Origin: a virus
Taxonomy: Duplodnaviria > Caudoviricetes
DNA: 64,000 nt
Reading direction: 5' to 3' (one strand)
IMG/VR virus record: IMGVR_UViG_3300042358_000005
Coordinates: 54,935 to 118,934 of that record
Position numbers and translations under genes: made by a program. The notes below the pieces were generated by a model. It ran no database searches and was not told where the DNA came from. It worked only from the letters and a program-made list of their open reading frames with translations. Positions 1-9,668 of this stretch are shown here, in pieces (the first letter of the stretch is position 1; each line of letters opens with the position of its first letter).

Positions 1-1
1 C

Positions 2-3000
2 AAAGAAATTAGTCAAAAAGAATTAGCTGATAAATTAAAAGTGTTATCAGTTAACTATATGATAGCTAATATTGAAATGCATAAACTTATTTATTCTGAT
101 CCTTATCAGTATTCAGATGAGTTGAAACGTATTAAAAACTTTAACTCTCCTAGACAAGCATTGTTATATGGATCTATTAAAGTTAATGCTGCATTGAATA
201 ATAAATACAATGAAGGATATGAAATAGATGATATAGGATATACAGACATGAACGTAGATCATTTTGTATCTACTGTAATGGAAGATGTGTTCTCTACAGA
301 TGAGCTTGATGAATATCTTAAACCATATGAAGAAACAGATGGTGGTGGATATATTACAGCAAAAGCTAATCGTGTATTTGCTCTTCGTTCTGGTCAATGG
401 AATGATAGTAAAGAACAACAATACAGATATGATGTTGCTTATGAAAAGACTGTAAAAGGAATTCCTCTTACAGCTGAAGAGAAAGCATTTGGTATTAAAA
501 AGGTTACTAGAGCATCTGGTGAAGAAGTTTATGTTGGAAAGAATCCTAACATGAAAAGTTTCTACACTCCTATTAAACCTATTGTATCAGGAAATAAAAA
601 TGATGGTAAAGATTACAATGATATTGTATTAGATAAGTTTGCATTAGTTCCACTTTCATTTAGAATACTACATGAAATGAATCCTGAGTCAAATGCTATC
701 AAGATGTATAATAAAATGCAAAGAGAGAATGTTGACTATGCTGTTTATGGAACAGGTAGAAAGGTAGGTACTGGTATAGCTACTCCTTTATATCTTCCTT
801 CAGGAGAATTTAACGAAGCTTCATTTGATGAATTAAATAATATTCCATTCTCTATAATGGGTGTACAAACTGAGGTGCCTTCTAAAGACACTCCATTAGT
901 AACACAAGGATCACAGATTACAAAACTTGCTACAATGGACTTCTTAGAAGCTGGTGTGCCAATTGATTTTGAAATTAAAGATGCTAAAGGAAATATTATT
1001 ACAGACTTCAATGAACGTTTTGCTAAATGGACTTCTTTTAAAACAGAAGCAGAAAAAGAGAAAGTTTCTCTATTATATAAAGAGATTGCTAACAATCAAA
1101 AATTATTAGAAGCTAAAATAGAACAAGGGTACAAAACTTTATTGAAGAAACTTGGTATTACACAAGGTGTTAATAAAAAAGGTGAACCTACTTTTACTAT
1201 ATTAAATAAAGACAAACTGGTTAATACATTAAGAGATGAAATCTTGAAGAGAGAAGTGAATGATAATATCATTGATGCTCTTGAAGGATTTAAAGATGGA
1301 GATGTTGTGCTAGAAGCTACACCTGCATATCAACAAATCAGAAACATTCTATATTCTATAGCTGATAAAAATGTTGTACGTCCTAAAATATCTGGTGGTC
1401 AAAAAGTACAGATTTCTTCCACATTATTTGAATCTACTCGTATTGAAGGAAAAGAATTTAAAGATAAGAATGGAGTTACTAAATACCGTTATTTATCTGA
1501 CATTCTTAACTTCTATAAGAATGAAGATGGTAAACGTGTATGTGAGATAATGGTAGCTAGATGGTTTGATAATGCTCAAACTAAAAAGATGACTGATACA
1601 GAGCTTCTTAATTATTTAAATAATACAAAAGAAGGAAAAAGTATATTAGCTGGTATTGGGTATCGTATCCCTACACAGAAACAAAACTCTATTGATAGCT
1701 TTGTTATCAAACAATTCTTACCAAAAGATTTTGGTGATAGTGTTGTTATTCCTTCAGCTCTTGTTAAAAAGGTTGGATCGGATTTTGATATTGATAAGTT
1801 GTCAATCTATTTAAAGAATACATTCACTAATAAACAAGGTGACCTTACAAATATTCCTTATTTTGGAATTGGACAACAAGCCATTGATAAGTTTATCAAA
1901 ATGTATGATGATGGTGAATTAAATGGTTACATTAATTCTAAAAAAGATGCTTTGCCAGTTGGAGAAGCTGAAGATAGATTAATGGAAAGTATGTTTGCTG
2001 AAAATTACTCTATTCAGAAAGATGATATTATAAATGAGTTATATCAAAAATCTCTTGAGAATGCATACATTCAATCATTGCAAAACTTAGTTAGTCATGA
2101 ATTAAACTTTGATAACTTAGTTAAGCCTAACTCTGCAGATGAGATGAAAGATCTTTCTATTGACATTAATAAAGAGATGGGTAATCCAGAGATTGACTAT
2201 GGTGCTGTAGGTAATATGTTAAGTAGAGGATTTATGTCTTCTCTAAGACAAGCATTTGTATCTGGTAAGTATGCAATTGGTATTGCTGCAACTGGTCAAA
2301 CTAACCATGCAGATAATCAACGTACTGCAACATATATTGACTTTGATAAATTAAAAGATGTAGATCCTGTAGATAGAGAAATCTTAGGAGGTAATCCAAA
2401 ATCAAATATATTTGCTAGAGATCCAAATGTTAATTTTGAAGCTTACAACTCTATTGTTATTGATGGTGTAAATAGACCTACATTAGCAATGGTTAAAAAC
2501 CAAGCTGGTAAATATATATCCGATATTATTGGACAATTCATTGATGGATATGTGGATATCTCTAAAGGTCCTTGGATCATGAGACTTGGTGCTACACCAA
2601 ATGTAACATCATCATGGTTATTCTTAATCAAATTAGGTGTACCTGCTGATACTGTTGCATATTTTATGAACCAACCTATTGTTAAAGATTACTTACGTAC
2701 ATTAGAGAACAAAGGATATACATGGTTATTCAATGATCGTATAATGATAGATACATTAGATGTATACTCTTCAGGTATTCCTTTGAATCAACAGCCTACT
2801 ATTTCTGGTATTCCTTCTGAAGAAGAGTTGTTCAAGATGCTTAAGTATAACAAAGTAGGTATAAAAACTCAAATGAGTGACATACAAAAACTTCAACAAC
2901 AATACATACTAAAAGAATTCATAAAGTATTCTAAAATGTCTTCTCAGTTGTTTGATGTAGTACAAGGTTCTAATATAGATACTGCTACAATCAATGATCC

Positions 3001-4447
3001 ATATTTAGTATTCAAAAAAATGCTTCAATTAGAGAAGGCTAGAAAGTCTATCATCTCTTCTGTGGATAATTTATTGAATAGTTCATTTAAAGGAGTTCTT
3101 AAGAATACTATATTCAATGTAAGAGATGCATTCGCTGAGATTCTTATATCTGATAAACCTAATGTAAGAACTGTAATGCAAGATGTCCTAACACCATATG
3201 TAAAATTAAGTGATAGAGACTTTGTTAAAGTGAGTCAGAAAGCAGTGAATGATCTATTTGATTGGGCTGTACAAACTAACACAGGAGTTAATGTTAATAT
3301 ATCAAATATATTATTGGGTAAAGATGATAAGAAAAGTGCTGCTCAACAAATTATAGATTTCAAAGATTCTATTCTAGGAAATAAATATAAAGGCATTAGT
3401 GCAAAACCTGAGCATCCATTATTTGATAATATCATTCTTAATTCAATCAAGATGGAAGCTGGTACCAAAGAAGGTAAAGCTGATAACTTATATATTGCAG
3501 GAAGAGATAACAAAGTGTATGATCAAAACTTAATCATATATGGATTTGATGAACTAAGAGCAAACTTAGGAAATGAAGGAAAAGATTTATATGGTAAACT
3601 TGTTAGACTTGCTGTATTACAATCAGGTGTTACTAATTCTCCAATAGCATTCACTAACCTTCTTCCTTATAATGATTTCAAAAATATCTATAATGAAACC
3701 TTGTCTGGTTTGGAAAATATGCCTAACTTAGCTGACTTCAATAAATTACATGTGTTTGAAAGAAACAACTGGAATAATTCTACTATTATGCCATTCATGA
3801 GAGTGAGGATGACGTTAGGTAAAAACTATGAAGGGAAAGCTAATCTATATGATGCTAATGCATATTTTACAGATGTGAATTTAAAGACAGCAATTAAAGA
3901 GGGAAGACTTCCTAAAGTTGTAGGTATAAGCCCTTATGGTGATGGAAGAAATGATTTTCTTACATATAGCTGGGAAGAGAGTATTCCTTATGCTGAAAGA
4001 GTTGCAAGAAAGAAAAGTGGAGATCGTTCTCATATACACAAAGTACTAATGCAAAAAGTATATACAACAGATGATAAAGGTAATCGTATACCATTAATTC
4101 AAGTATCTACAGGAAAAGACGGAAGAACTTATACAAAACATATATTTAAAGCTATCAATGCTTGGGGTGATTCATTCAGAGCTCAAGAGTTTTATGACTA
4201 TGAAAGATCTTCTGTATTAGATAATGATTACGATAAAGTACAAAAAGTAACAGATATACAAGGTAAACAAATTGAATCAGGAGAAGTGACAGATGATGAA
4301 GTGGTAAGAATCTTTAGAAACGAAGTTGCTGGAGAAACACAAGTTGCTCAACCTGAATTATCTGTAAGTGAAAAACCTGAAGAATTAACCCAAGAAGAAT
4401 GGGATGGTCTATCAGATGAAGAAAAAAATAAAATAAAAGAATGTTAA
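2..4447 (+). CDS. Virion (ejected) DNA-dependent RNA polymerase, crAss-like; 5'-truncated by window edge
   Basis: GYRIPTQ (~1660) and catalytic GSDFDIDK (DFDIDK at 1781-1798), typical of crAss-like/phi14:2 virion RNAPs. The frame is open from position 2, so the real start lies upstream of the window. Confidence 0.88.
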   Translation, partial: KEISQKELADKLKVLSVNYMIANIEMHKLIYSDPYQYSDELKRIKNFNSPRQALLYGSIKVNAALNNKYNEGYEIDDIGYTDMNVDHFVSTVMEDVFSTDELDEYLKPYEETDGGGYITAKANRVFALRSGQWNDSKEQQYRYDVAYEKTVKGIPLTAEEKAFGIKKVTRASGEEVYVGKNPNMKSFYTPIKPIVSGNKNDGKDYNDIVLDKFALVPLSFRILHEMNPESNAIKMYNKMQRENVDYAVYGTGRKVGTGIATPLYLPSGEFNEASFDELNNIPFSIMGVQTEVPSKDTPLVTQGSQITKLATMDFLEAGVPIDFEIKDAKGNIITDFNERFAKWTSFKTEAEKEKVSLLYKEIANNQKLLEAKIEQGYKTLLKKLGITQGVNKKGEPTFTILNKDKLVNTLRDEILKREVNDNIIDALEGFKDGDVVLEATPAYQQIRNILYSIADKNVVRPKISGGQKVQISSTLFESTRIEGKEFKDKNGVTKYRYLSDILNFYKNEDGKRVCEIMVARWFDNAQTKKMTDTELLNYLNNTKEGKSILAGIGYRIPTQKQNSIDSFVIKQFLPKDFGDSVVIPSALVKKVGSDFDIDKLSIYLKNTFTNKQGDLTNIPYFGIGQQAIDKFIKMYDDGELNGYINSKKDALPVGEAEDRLMESMFAENYSIQKDDIINELYQKSLENAYIQSLQNLVSHELNFDNLVKPNSADEMKDLSIDINKEMGNPEIDYGAVGNMLSRGFMSSLRQAFVSGKYAIGIAATGQTNHADNQRTATYIDFDKLKDVDPVDREILGGNPKSNIFARDPNVNFEAYNSIVIDGVNRPTLAMVKNQAGKYISDIIGQFIDGYVDISKGPWIMRLGATPNVTSSWLFLIKLGVPADTVAYFMNQPIVKDYLRTLENKGYTWLFNDRIMIDTLDVYSSGIPLNQQPTISGIPSEEELFKMLKYNKVGIKTQMSDIQKLQQQYILKEFIKYSKMSSQLFDVVQGSNIDTATINDPYLVFKKMLQLEKARKSIISSVDNLLNSSFKGVLKNTIFNVRDAFAEILISDKPNVRTVMQDVLTPYVKLSDRDFVKVSQKAVNDLFDWAVQTNTGVNVNISNILLGKDDKKSAAQQIIDFKDSILGNKYKGISAKPEHPLFDNIILNSIKMEAGTKEGKADNLYIAGRDNKVYDQNLIIYGFDELRANLGNEGKDLYGKLVRLAVLQSGVTNSPIAFTNLLPYNDFKNIYNETLSGLENMPNLADFNKLHVFERNNWNNSTIMPFMRVRMTLGKNYEGKANLYDANAYFTDVNLKTAIKEGRLPKVVGISPYGDGRNDFLTYSWEESIPYAERVARKKSGDRSHIHKVLMQKVYTTDDKGNRIPLIQVSTGKDGRTYTKHIFKAINAWGDSFRAQEFYDYERSSVLDNDYDKVQKVTDIQGKQIESGEVTDDEVVRIFRNEVAGETQVAQPELSVSEKPEELTQEEWDGLSDEEKNKIKEC

Positions 4448-4448
4448 T

Positions 4449-7400
4449 ATGGCACATTGTGTAAATAGAAGTTCTAAAGAGTTTAAAGCATTAGCTGAAC
4501 AATCTAACATCAATCCAATAGTTCTTGCTGCAAAGGTTTCTTTGTGGCAGGAAATTAATGGTTTAGATAACTTTCCAAAGATATCAGATATTGTTGTACC
4601 AAATGAAACTGCAAAACAAACTTTAGATATAATGAAAGTGGCTGCTACTAAAATGGGCATAGACTTTGTATCACTTGCAGATTATGCTAAAGCTAATCCA
4701 GCCATAGATATAACATCTGTAAATGGACTTGCGGATCTTCTTAAAGGAGTGATAGCTGTTGCACAAGGAATGGAAGAAGTTGCTACAACTGAAGAAATTG
4801 TTCACTTAGCTACAGCTATTCTTGAACAAACTAATCCACGACTTATAACACAACTTATTAGTAAGATAGATAGATTTAAAATCTACAATCGAACTTTTGA
4901 ATTATACAAGAACAATAAGGCCTATCAATTATCAAATGGTAAGCCAGACATTAGAAAGATTAAAAAGGAAGCTGTAGATAGACTTATAGCTGAGTTAATT
5001 GTATACAATACAGAAGGATCTACAGAGTTTCCTGAACTAATGGATGAAGAAACTCGGTCAATGATTAGACAATGGTGGGAAACTATTCTTGATTATATTA
5101 GAGGAGTGTATGGTAAATCTAATATTGATATATTCAAATCTACTGCTGCTCAAGTTGCAACAGGTGAAGTTGGAGGTACAGTTGCTGATATAAAACAAGC
5201 AGGTGTATTCTTTAATTTATCTGATGATGTTAAGACACAGATAGATAATTTCTATAACAATGTTGTAGAGCATAATGATAAACTTGAATTATTTCCTCAA
5301 ACAGTTGAGGATACAAGACATTATAAGTATGAAGGAGTTAGAGTGACTAAATCTGTAACAGAAAAAGTAAAAGAGAAGTTTGGTAAAATATTTACTAGAA
5401 CAGAAGCTCAGAAGCTTGTAGATGATCAAAAAAGAGACTGGGGATCTGAAGGACATAGATTTATAGAACAATATATTCTCAACAATCTTATAGATAAAGA
5501 TGGATATAAAAGAGCGGAGTTTGGTGTTGAACCAATCTCTTCTACACTTAATGGAGCATTACAAGTACAACTTGGAAAATTTGCACAAGGATTAATCAAT
5601 TCATATCCAGCAGGAACTAGATTCCTTATAGAAAAGAAAGTGGTTAATACTAAAGTGAAAGGAATGATTGCTTCTGCAGTGGATTTCAAAGCTATATATC
5701 CTATCAATAAGAAAGATGGTACCCAAGGCATGAAAATTGATAATCTTGACTGGAAGTTCACATCTATAGATAAAAACAAAGATGAAGATATTCCTTGGTA
5801 TAAAAGAAGAGAGTGGGTTCCTCAAATGGGTGAATACACACAAATAGATTATAATTATGGAGCTACAAGAGATCAGATAGGCAAAGCTAGGATGATTCCA
5901 TTCATAGTGAACTATGATAACACTGTACAATCAGATAAATCATCTCCTCTTATTCCAACAAGTCTTGAAATAGGTAAGCTTGATTCTTTAACAGAAACAA
6001 ACTTATACTTACTTCCTGTTCCTACATTAGCTGAATCTACAGGTAATCCACAAGTGGATGCTCTTATAACTTCATTACAGACACAGTATGAGAAAATGTT
6101 TAAGAAACATGGACCTGAAGAAACTGAGTTTGCTAGAAAACAACAATTGTCTCAACTTAGTAAAGCTATTCGTAACTTACATATCAAATTAAATTTTGAA
6201 CCATTATATAATGTTGCTAAAACCTTTTTAGAGAATGCTAAAACTGCAATTTCTGATTTCGAGAAATTAGATTATGCAAACTTAGATGAAGCAGAACTTA
6301 GTAAAGGATTAAAAGAATTATTAGAATACAGCAAGAGTGCTAATAAGTTTGCTTCTATGGATGAAGTATTTCTTTCTCAATACCCTAAAGCTGGTATGAC
6401 AGAAGAGAATAAAAGAACGCTTGATGGACTTGAAGATATTACTAAGAGTACACAAAGGATGCAAGATAAAATTCTTGACTTACAAAAAATATTTACAGCT
6501 AATATTGCTGTTAAACAAGGAATTGTTTCTGAAGAAAAGAAACTAACAGTAGTAGAAGCTGAAGCTGCTATAAATGGATTTGCTAAAACTTGGGCTGAGG
6601 GAACAAGACTGTCTGCTAAGATAGTTAAACTTGCTTCTAATTTAATTATGAATGCTAGCTCTATGGTTAATAGAGAAGCAGCTAAACAAATAAAACTATT
6701 TGGTAAGCTATTGATTCCATTAGAAGAATCAGCAAGTGCTCAAGGAAAGAATGCATTTGATTTAATAGCAACTATGACTCCATCTGGACCTGCATTAGTT
6801 AAGAAAATAGATAGAGAGTTCTTAGATAAATTAAAAGAAGCCAGAGAGAATAAGAATAAATCTTTTCTAATGGATAATATGAATATGACTGAGTTCAATG
6901 AACAAGCAAAAAGTTATATTGAAACTAATCTAAAAGTATTAGATAATACTAAGTATTCTTTAGATTTAGATGAGGATGCTCGCATGAGAGAACTTCAAAA
7001 GAAAAATCTTAGAAACTCTATTGATATTAATAAAGATTCATTTAATGGATACACTAATTATAACTTTATACAATTATCTAATCAAGCGATGATTGAAAAA
7101 GGTCATTATTCTAAAGAGTATCAACAAATGGCTAATAACCCAGCTGCATTAAATATGTGGGAGTTCTTAACAGCATTAAATCAAAAAGGTAAAGACTTAG
7201 GTTATCTTCAAAATAACTCTATATCATTCTTTCCATTGATAGAAGCTACTACATTAGAAAAGTTTGGAAAAACATCAGATGTTATTGCAGAAGCAGGAGA
7301 TTTCTTTAAAGGATTATATTCTACAAATATAAATGAAGAACAAAATCTTTCTAAAATAGATCCTGAAACAGGCAAGGTTAAGAAACAAATACCTAAATAT

Positions 7401-9185
7401 TTTACTAAGACTGATAAGACTTATAATCAATTGTCTACAGATCTTAATAAAGTGGGAAGTCTTTGGATCAAAGCATTATTAGATTATGAAAGTGCTATTA
7501 ATATGGAAGATACTCTTCAGACATTATTAGCTGTAGAGAACGCAAAAGGATCATTAACACTTGATGAAAATGGAACTGTTCAATTTGATTCTTCTAATGA
7601 ACCAATATTACAGAAAGAAAATAAAAATGCTGCTATCCTAGAAACTATTATTGATGATAGTTTATACAAACTAGAACAAGATCTTGGATCATTAGGTAAC
7701 ATTGGTATATCTACTATTACAGGAAAACTTAGTAAGACAGAAGAAGGTAAACAGAAAGCTGCTGTAAATATTAAAAAGACATTAAGAAATGCTGACACAT
7801 TAACAAGAGCACTTGCTGTAGGACTTAAACCTTTAATTTCTATAGCTAACTGGGCTGGTGGTCAGTTTCAATCTTATATCAACGCTGGTGGATTATATAC
7901 ATTCTGGGGAGATTTTGAAAAGAATAACCTAAAGGTATCAACTAATAAACTATCTCTTATAGAGAAAGGATTATTACATATGATGGTTCCGTTAACTGAA
8001 GATGTTGTTACAGAAGAAAGAAGAAAAATAGCTAAAGAACAAGGATTGATTAAATATCTTTCAACATGGTCATTCAGTGATATAATGATGTCAACCAATG
8101 CTTTCCCTGAGAAAAAATTACAACTTGCTAATGCATTAAGTATCATTGATAATTCAATGGTAATAAATGGTAAAGTGATAAATATAAGACAATATTTAGC
8201 TGCTCAAGATAGAGAAAGTAAATATGGTTTATCTGAATCAGAAAGAAAGAACTTAGAGGCTACATTTGAAGATAGAGTGAAAGCATTAAAAGAAACTTCT
8301 TCATTAACTAAGACAGCAATTGTAGAAGGTGATGAAATAGTTATTCCTGGAGTGAGTGATGAAGAGCTTGCTAAATTTAGAACTCAAATCATTGAATACG
8401 GCAGAAAGCTTAATGGTCAAATGAATCAAGATAATAAAGCTGGATATAGAAGAGATGCTATATTTAGTTCATTCATGATGTTTAAAACATGGATTCCTAA
8501 ATTAGTTGCTGAAAGAACTACAGACATTACAAAAAATGTTGAGGTTGGTAACTGGGAATATGGTAGAACAAGAGCATTCATTAAAACTTGGGCCCATTTA
8601 GGAACAAGAAACATAATGGCTATGCGAGATATAATCAATGGTACTGATGAAGGATTAAGAATTCTTGATGAAATGCTACAAGATAAAAGAGATGAGCATT
8701 ATAGAAAGACTGGTCAAGAGTTAGATATAACTAAAGAAGAATTCTATGATCTTATGAGAAGAGAATTAACTAATCAAATGAAAGAGTTAAAACTTTTAGT
8801 ATTAATTATGGCTACGTTGGTTGCTGCTAAAGCTGCTGAACCACCAGAAGATGCTACAGATCTTGAGAAGAATAGATATAAGTTATGGGCTAAGATGTTA
8901 AACAAAATATCTGATGAGGTAACCTTCTATTATAATCCTTTATCATTTGAAGCTATGACAAAAGGATCTATACTTCCATCATTAACATTAGTCACTAAAG
9001 TGGAGAGAGTGTTTATTCAATTTAATAAAGAATTTGGTGATGAACCAACTAAAGCATATCCTCAAAAAGCTATATTCAATTTAATTCCTGGTCTTTCTCA
9101 ATTCCAAACAGAAATTCTACCATATGTAGATCCTGAGTTAGCTAAATCGTGGGGAATAAGAGTTAGTGCTGAATCAAGAAGATAG
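4449..9185 (+). CDS. Large virion-internal/ejected protein with a PD-(D/E)XK-like domain and a degenerate zincin motif
   Basis: 1578 aa directly after the RNAP gene. Motifs GSEGH...IEKKV...AVD...LDWK...QMGEY, plus EEIVH at the position of a HExxH-like motif. Confidence 0.6.
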   Translation: MAHCVNRSSKEFKALAEQSNINPIVLAAKVSLWQEINGLDNFPKISDIVVPNETAKQTLDIMKVAATKMGIDFVSLADYAKANPAIDITSVNGLADLLKGVIAVAQGMEEVATTEEIVHLATAILEQTNPRLITQLISKIDRFKIYNRTFELYKNNKAYQLSNGKPDIRKIKKEAVDRLIAELIVYNTEGSTEFPELMDEETRSMIRQWWETILDYIRGVYGKSNIDIFKSTAAQVATGEVGGTVADIKQAGVFFNLSDDVKTQIDNFYNNVVEHNDKLELFPQTVEDTRHYKYEGVRVTKSVTEKVKEKFGKIFTRTEAQKLVDDQKRDWGSEGHRFIEQYILNNLIDKDGYKRAEFGVEPISSTLNGALQVQLGKFAQGLINSYPAGTRFLIEKKVVNTKVKGMIASAVDFKAIYPINKKDGTQGMKIDNLDWKFTSIDKNKDEDIPWYKRREWVPQMGEYTQIDYNYGATRDQIGKARMIPFIVNYDNTVQSDKSSPLIPTSLEIGKLDSLTETNLYLLPVPTLAESTGNPQVDALITSLQTQYEKMFKKHGPEETEFARKQQLSQLSKAIRNLHIKLNFEPLYNVAKTFLENAKTAISDFEKLDYANLDEAELSKGLKELLEYSKSANKFASMDEVFLSQYPKAGMTEENKRTLDGLEDITKSTQRMQDKILDLQKIFTANIAVKQGIVSEEKKLTVVEAEAAINGFAKTWAEGTRLSAKIVKLASNLIMNASSMVNREAAKQIKLFGKLLIPLEESASAQGKNAFDLIATMTPSGPALVKKIDREFLDKLKEARENKNKSFLMDNMNMTEFNEQAKSYIETNLKVLDNTKYSLDLDEDARMRELQKKNLRNSIDINKDSFNGYTNYNFIQLSNQAMIEKGHYSKEYQQMANNPAALNMWEFLTALNQKGKDLGYLQNNSISFFPLIEATTLEKFGKTSDVIAEAGDFFKGLYSTNINEEQNLSKIDPETGKVKKQIPKYFTKTDKTYNQLSTDLNKVGSLWIKALLDYESAINMEDTLQTLLAVENAKGSLTLDENGTVQFDSSNEPILQKENKNAAILETIIDDSLYKLEQDLGSLGNIGISTITGKLSKTEEGKQKAAVNIKKTLRNADTLTRALAVGLKPLISIANWAGGQFQSYINAGGLYTFWGDFEKNNLKVSTNKLSLIEKGLLHMMVPLTEDVVTEERRKIAKEQGLIKYLSTWSFSDIMMSTNAFPEKKLQLANALSIIDNSMVINGKVINIRQYLAAQDRESKYGLSESERKNLEATFEDRVKALKETSSLTKTAIVEGDEIVIPGVSDEELAKFRTQIIEYGRKLNGQMNQDNKAGYRRDAIFSSFMMFKTWIPKLVAERTTDITKNVEVGNWEYGRTRAFIKTWAHLGTRNIMAMRDIINGTDEGLRILDEMLQDKRDEHYRKTGQELDITKEEFYDLMRRELTNQMKELKLLVLIMATLVAAKAAEPPEDATDLEKNRYKLWAKMLNKISDEVTFYYNPLSFEAMTKGSILPSLTLVTKVERVFIQFNKEFGDEPTKAYPQKAIFNLIPGLSQFQTEILPYVDPELAKSWGIRVSAESRR

Positions 9186-9195
9186 TAGATAGAAC

Positions 9196-9260
9196 GCTAT
9201 ATTATACCAGTTATTTACCATACATCCTTTTAATATACATATTTAATAATTAACTTTGCT
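9196..9260 (+). promoter_or_regulatory. Putative late promoter: GCTATATTAT...TAACTTTG (Bacteroidota -7 element)
   Basis: TAACTTTG at 9251 just upstream of ATG 9264. The same architecture and spacing occur at 23236-23300. Confidence 0.5.
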
Positions 9261-9263
9261 TAC

Positions 9264-9656
9264 ATGAGAACAGCTGCAATTTGCCCAACATGTGCTGTGT
9301 ACGAGAATGCTAAATGCATTGTCTACAATGGCCCTTATCTTACTAATATAAAAGTGAATCCTTTAGAGGATCTTGAATCTATATTATCTAAGATAAATAC
9401 TAATTTAGTACCATTATCTGGTACAACTGCTCCTAGTAGCTCTGCTACATATTTAGGACAAACTTATTTGAATACAACAAGATATATGTTATACTTTGCT
9501 AAGTCTGTAGGGACTGGAGCAGCTGACTGGAGTCTTGTATTAACAACCCCTGCTACAGGTACACCTGAGTTAGCTAACAATGCTGCTGCTCTATTTGCTG
9601 GCTTAGTTGCTGGTCAGATCTACCGTACAGGAGATCTTCTTAAAATCGTTCACTAA
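9264..9656 (+). CDS. Small putative structural/fibre-associated protein
   Basis: The N-terminal Cys motif (ICPTC...AKCIVYNGPYL) resembles the N-terminus of the downstream fibre (ICAANPC...ASCVFYEGPNL). Confidence 0.55.
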   Translation: MRTAAICPTCAVYENAKCIVYNGPYLTNIKVNPLEDLESILSKINTNLVPLSGTTAPSSSATYLGQTYLNTTRYMLYFAKSVGTGAADWSLVLTTPATGTPELANNAAALFAGLVAGQIYRTGDLLKIVH

Positions 9657-9668
9657 TAATCCAATCCA

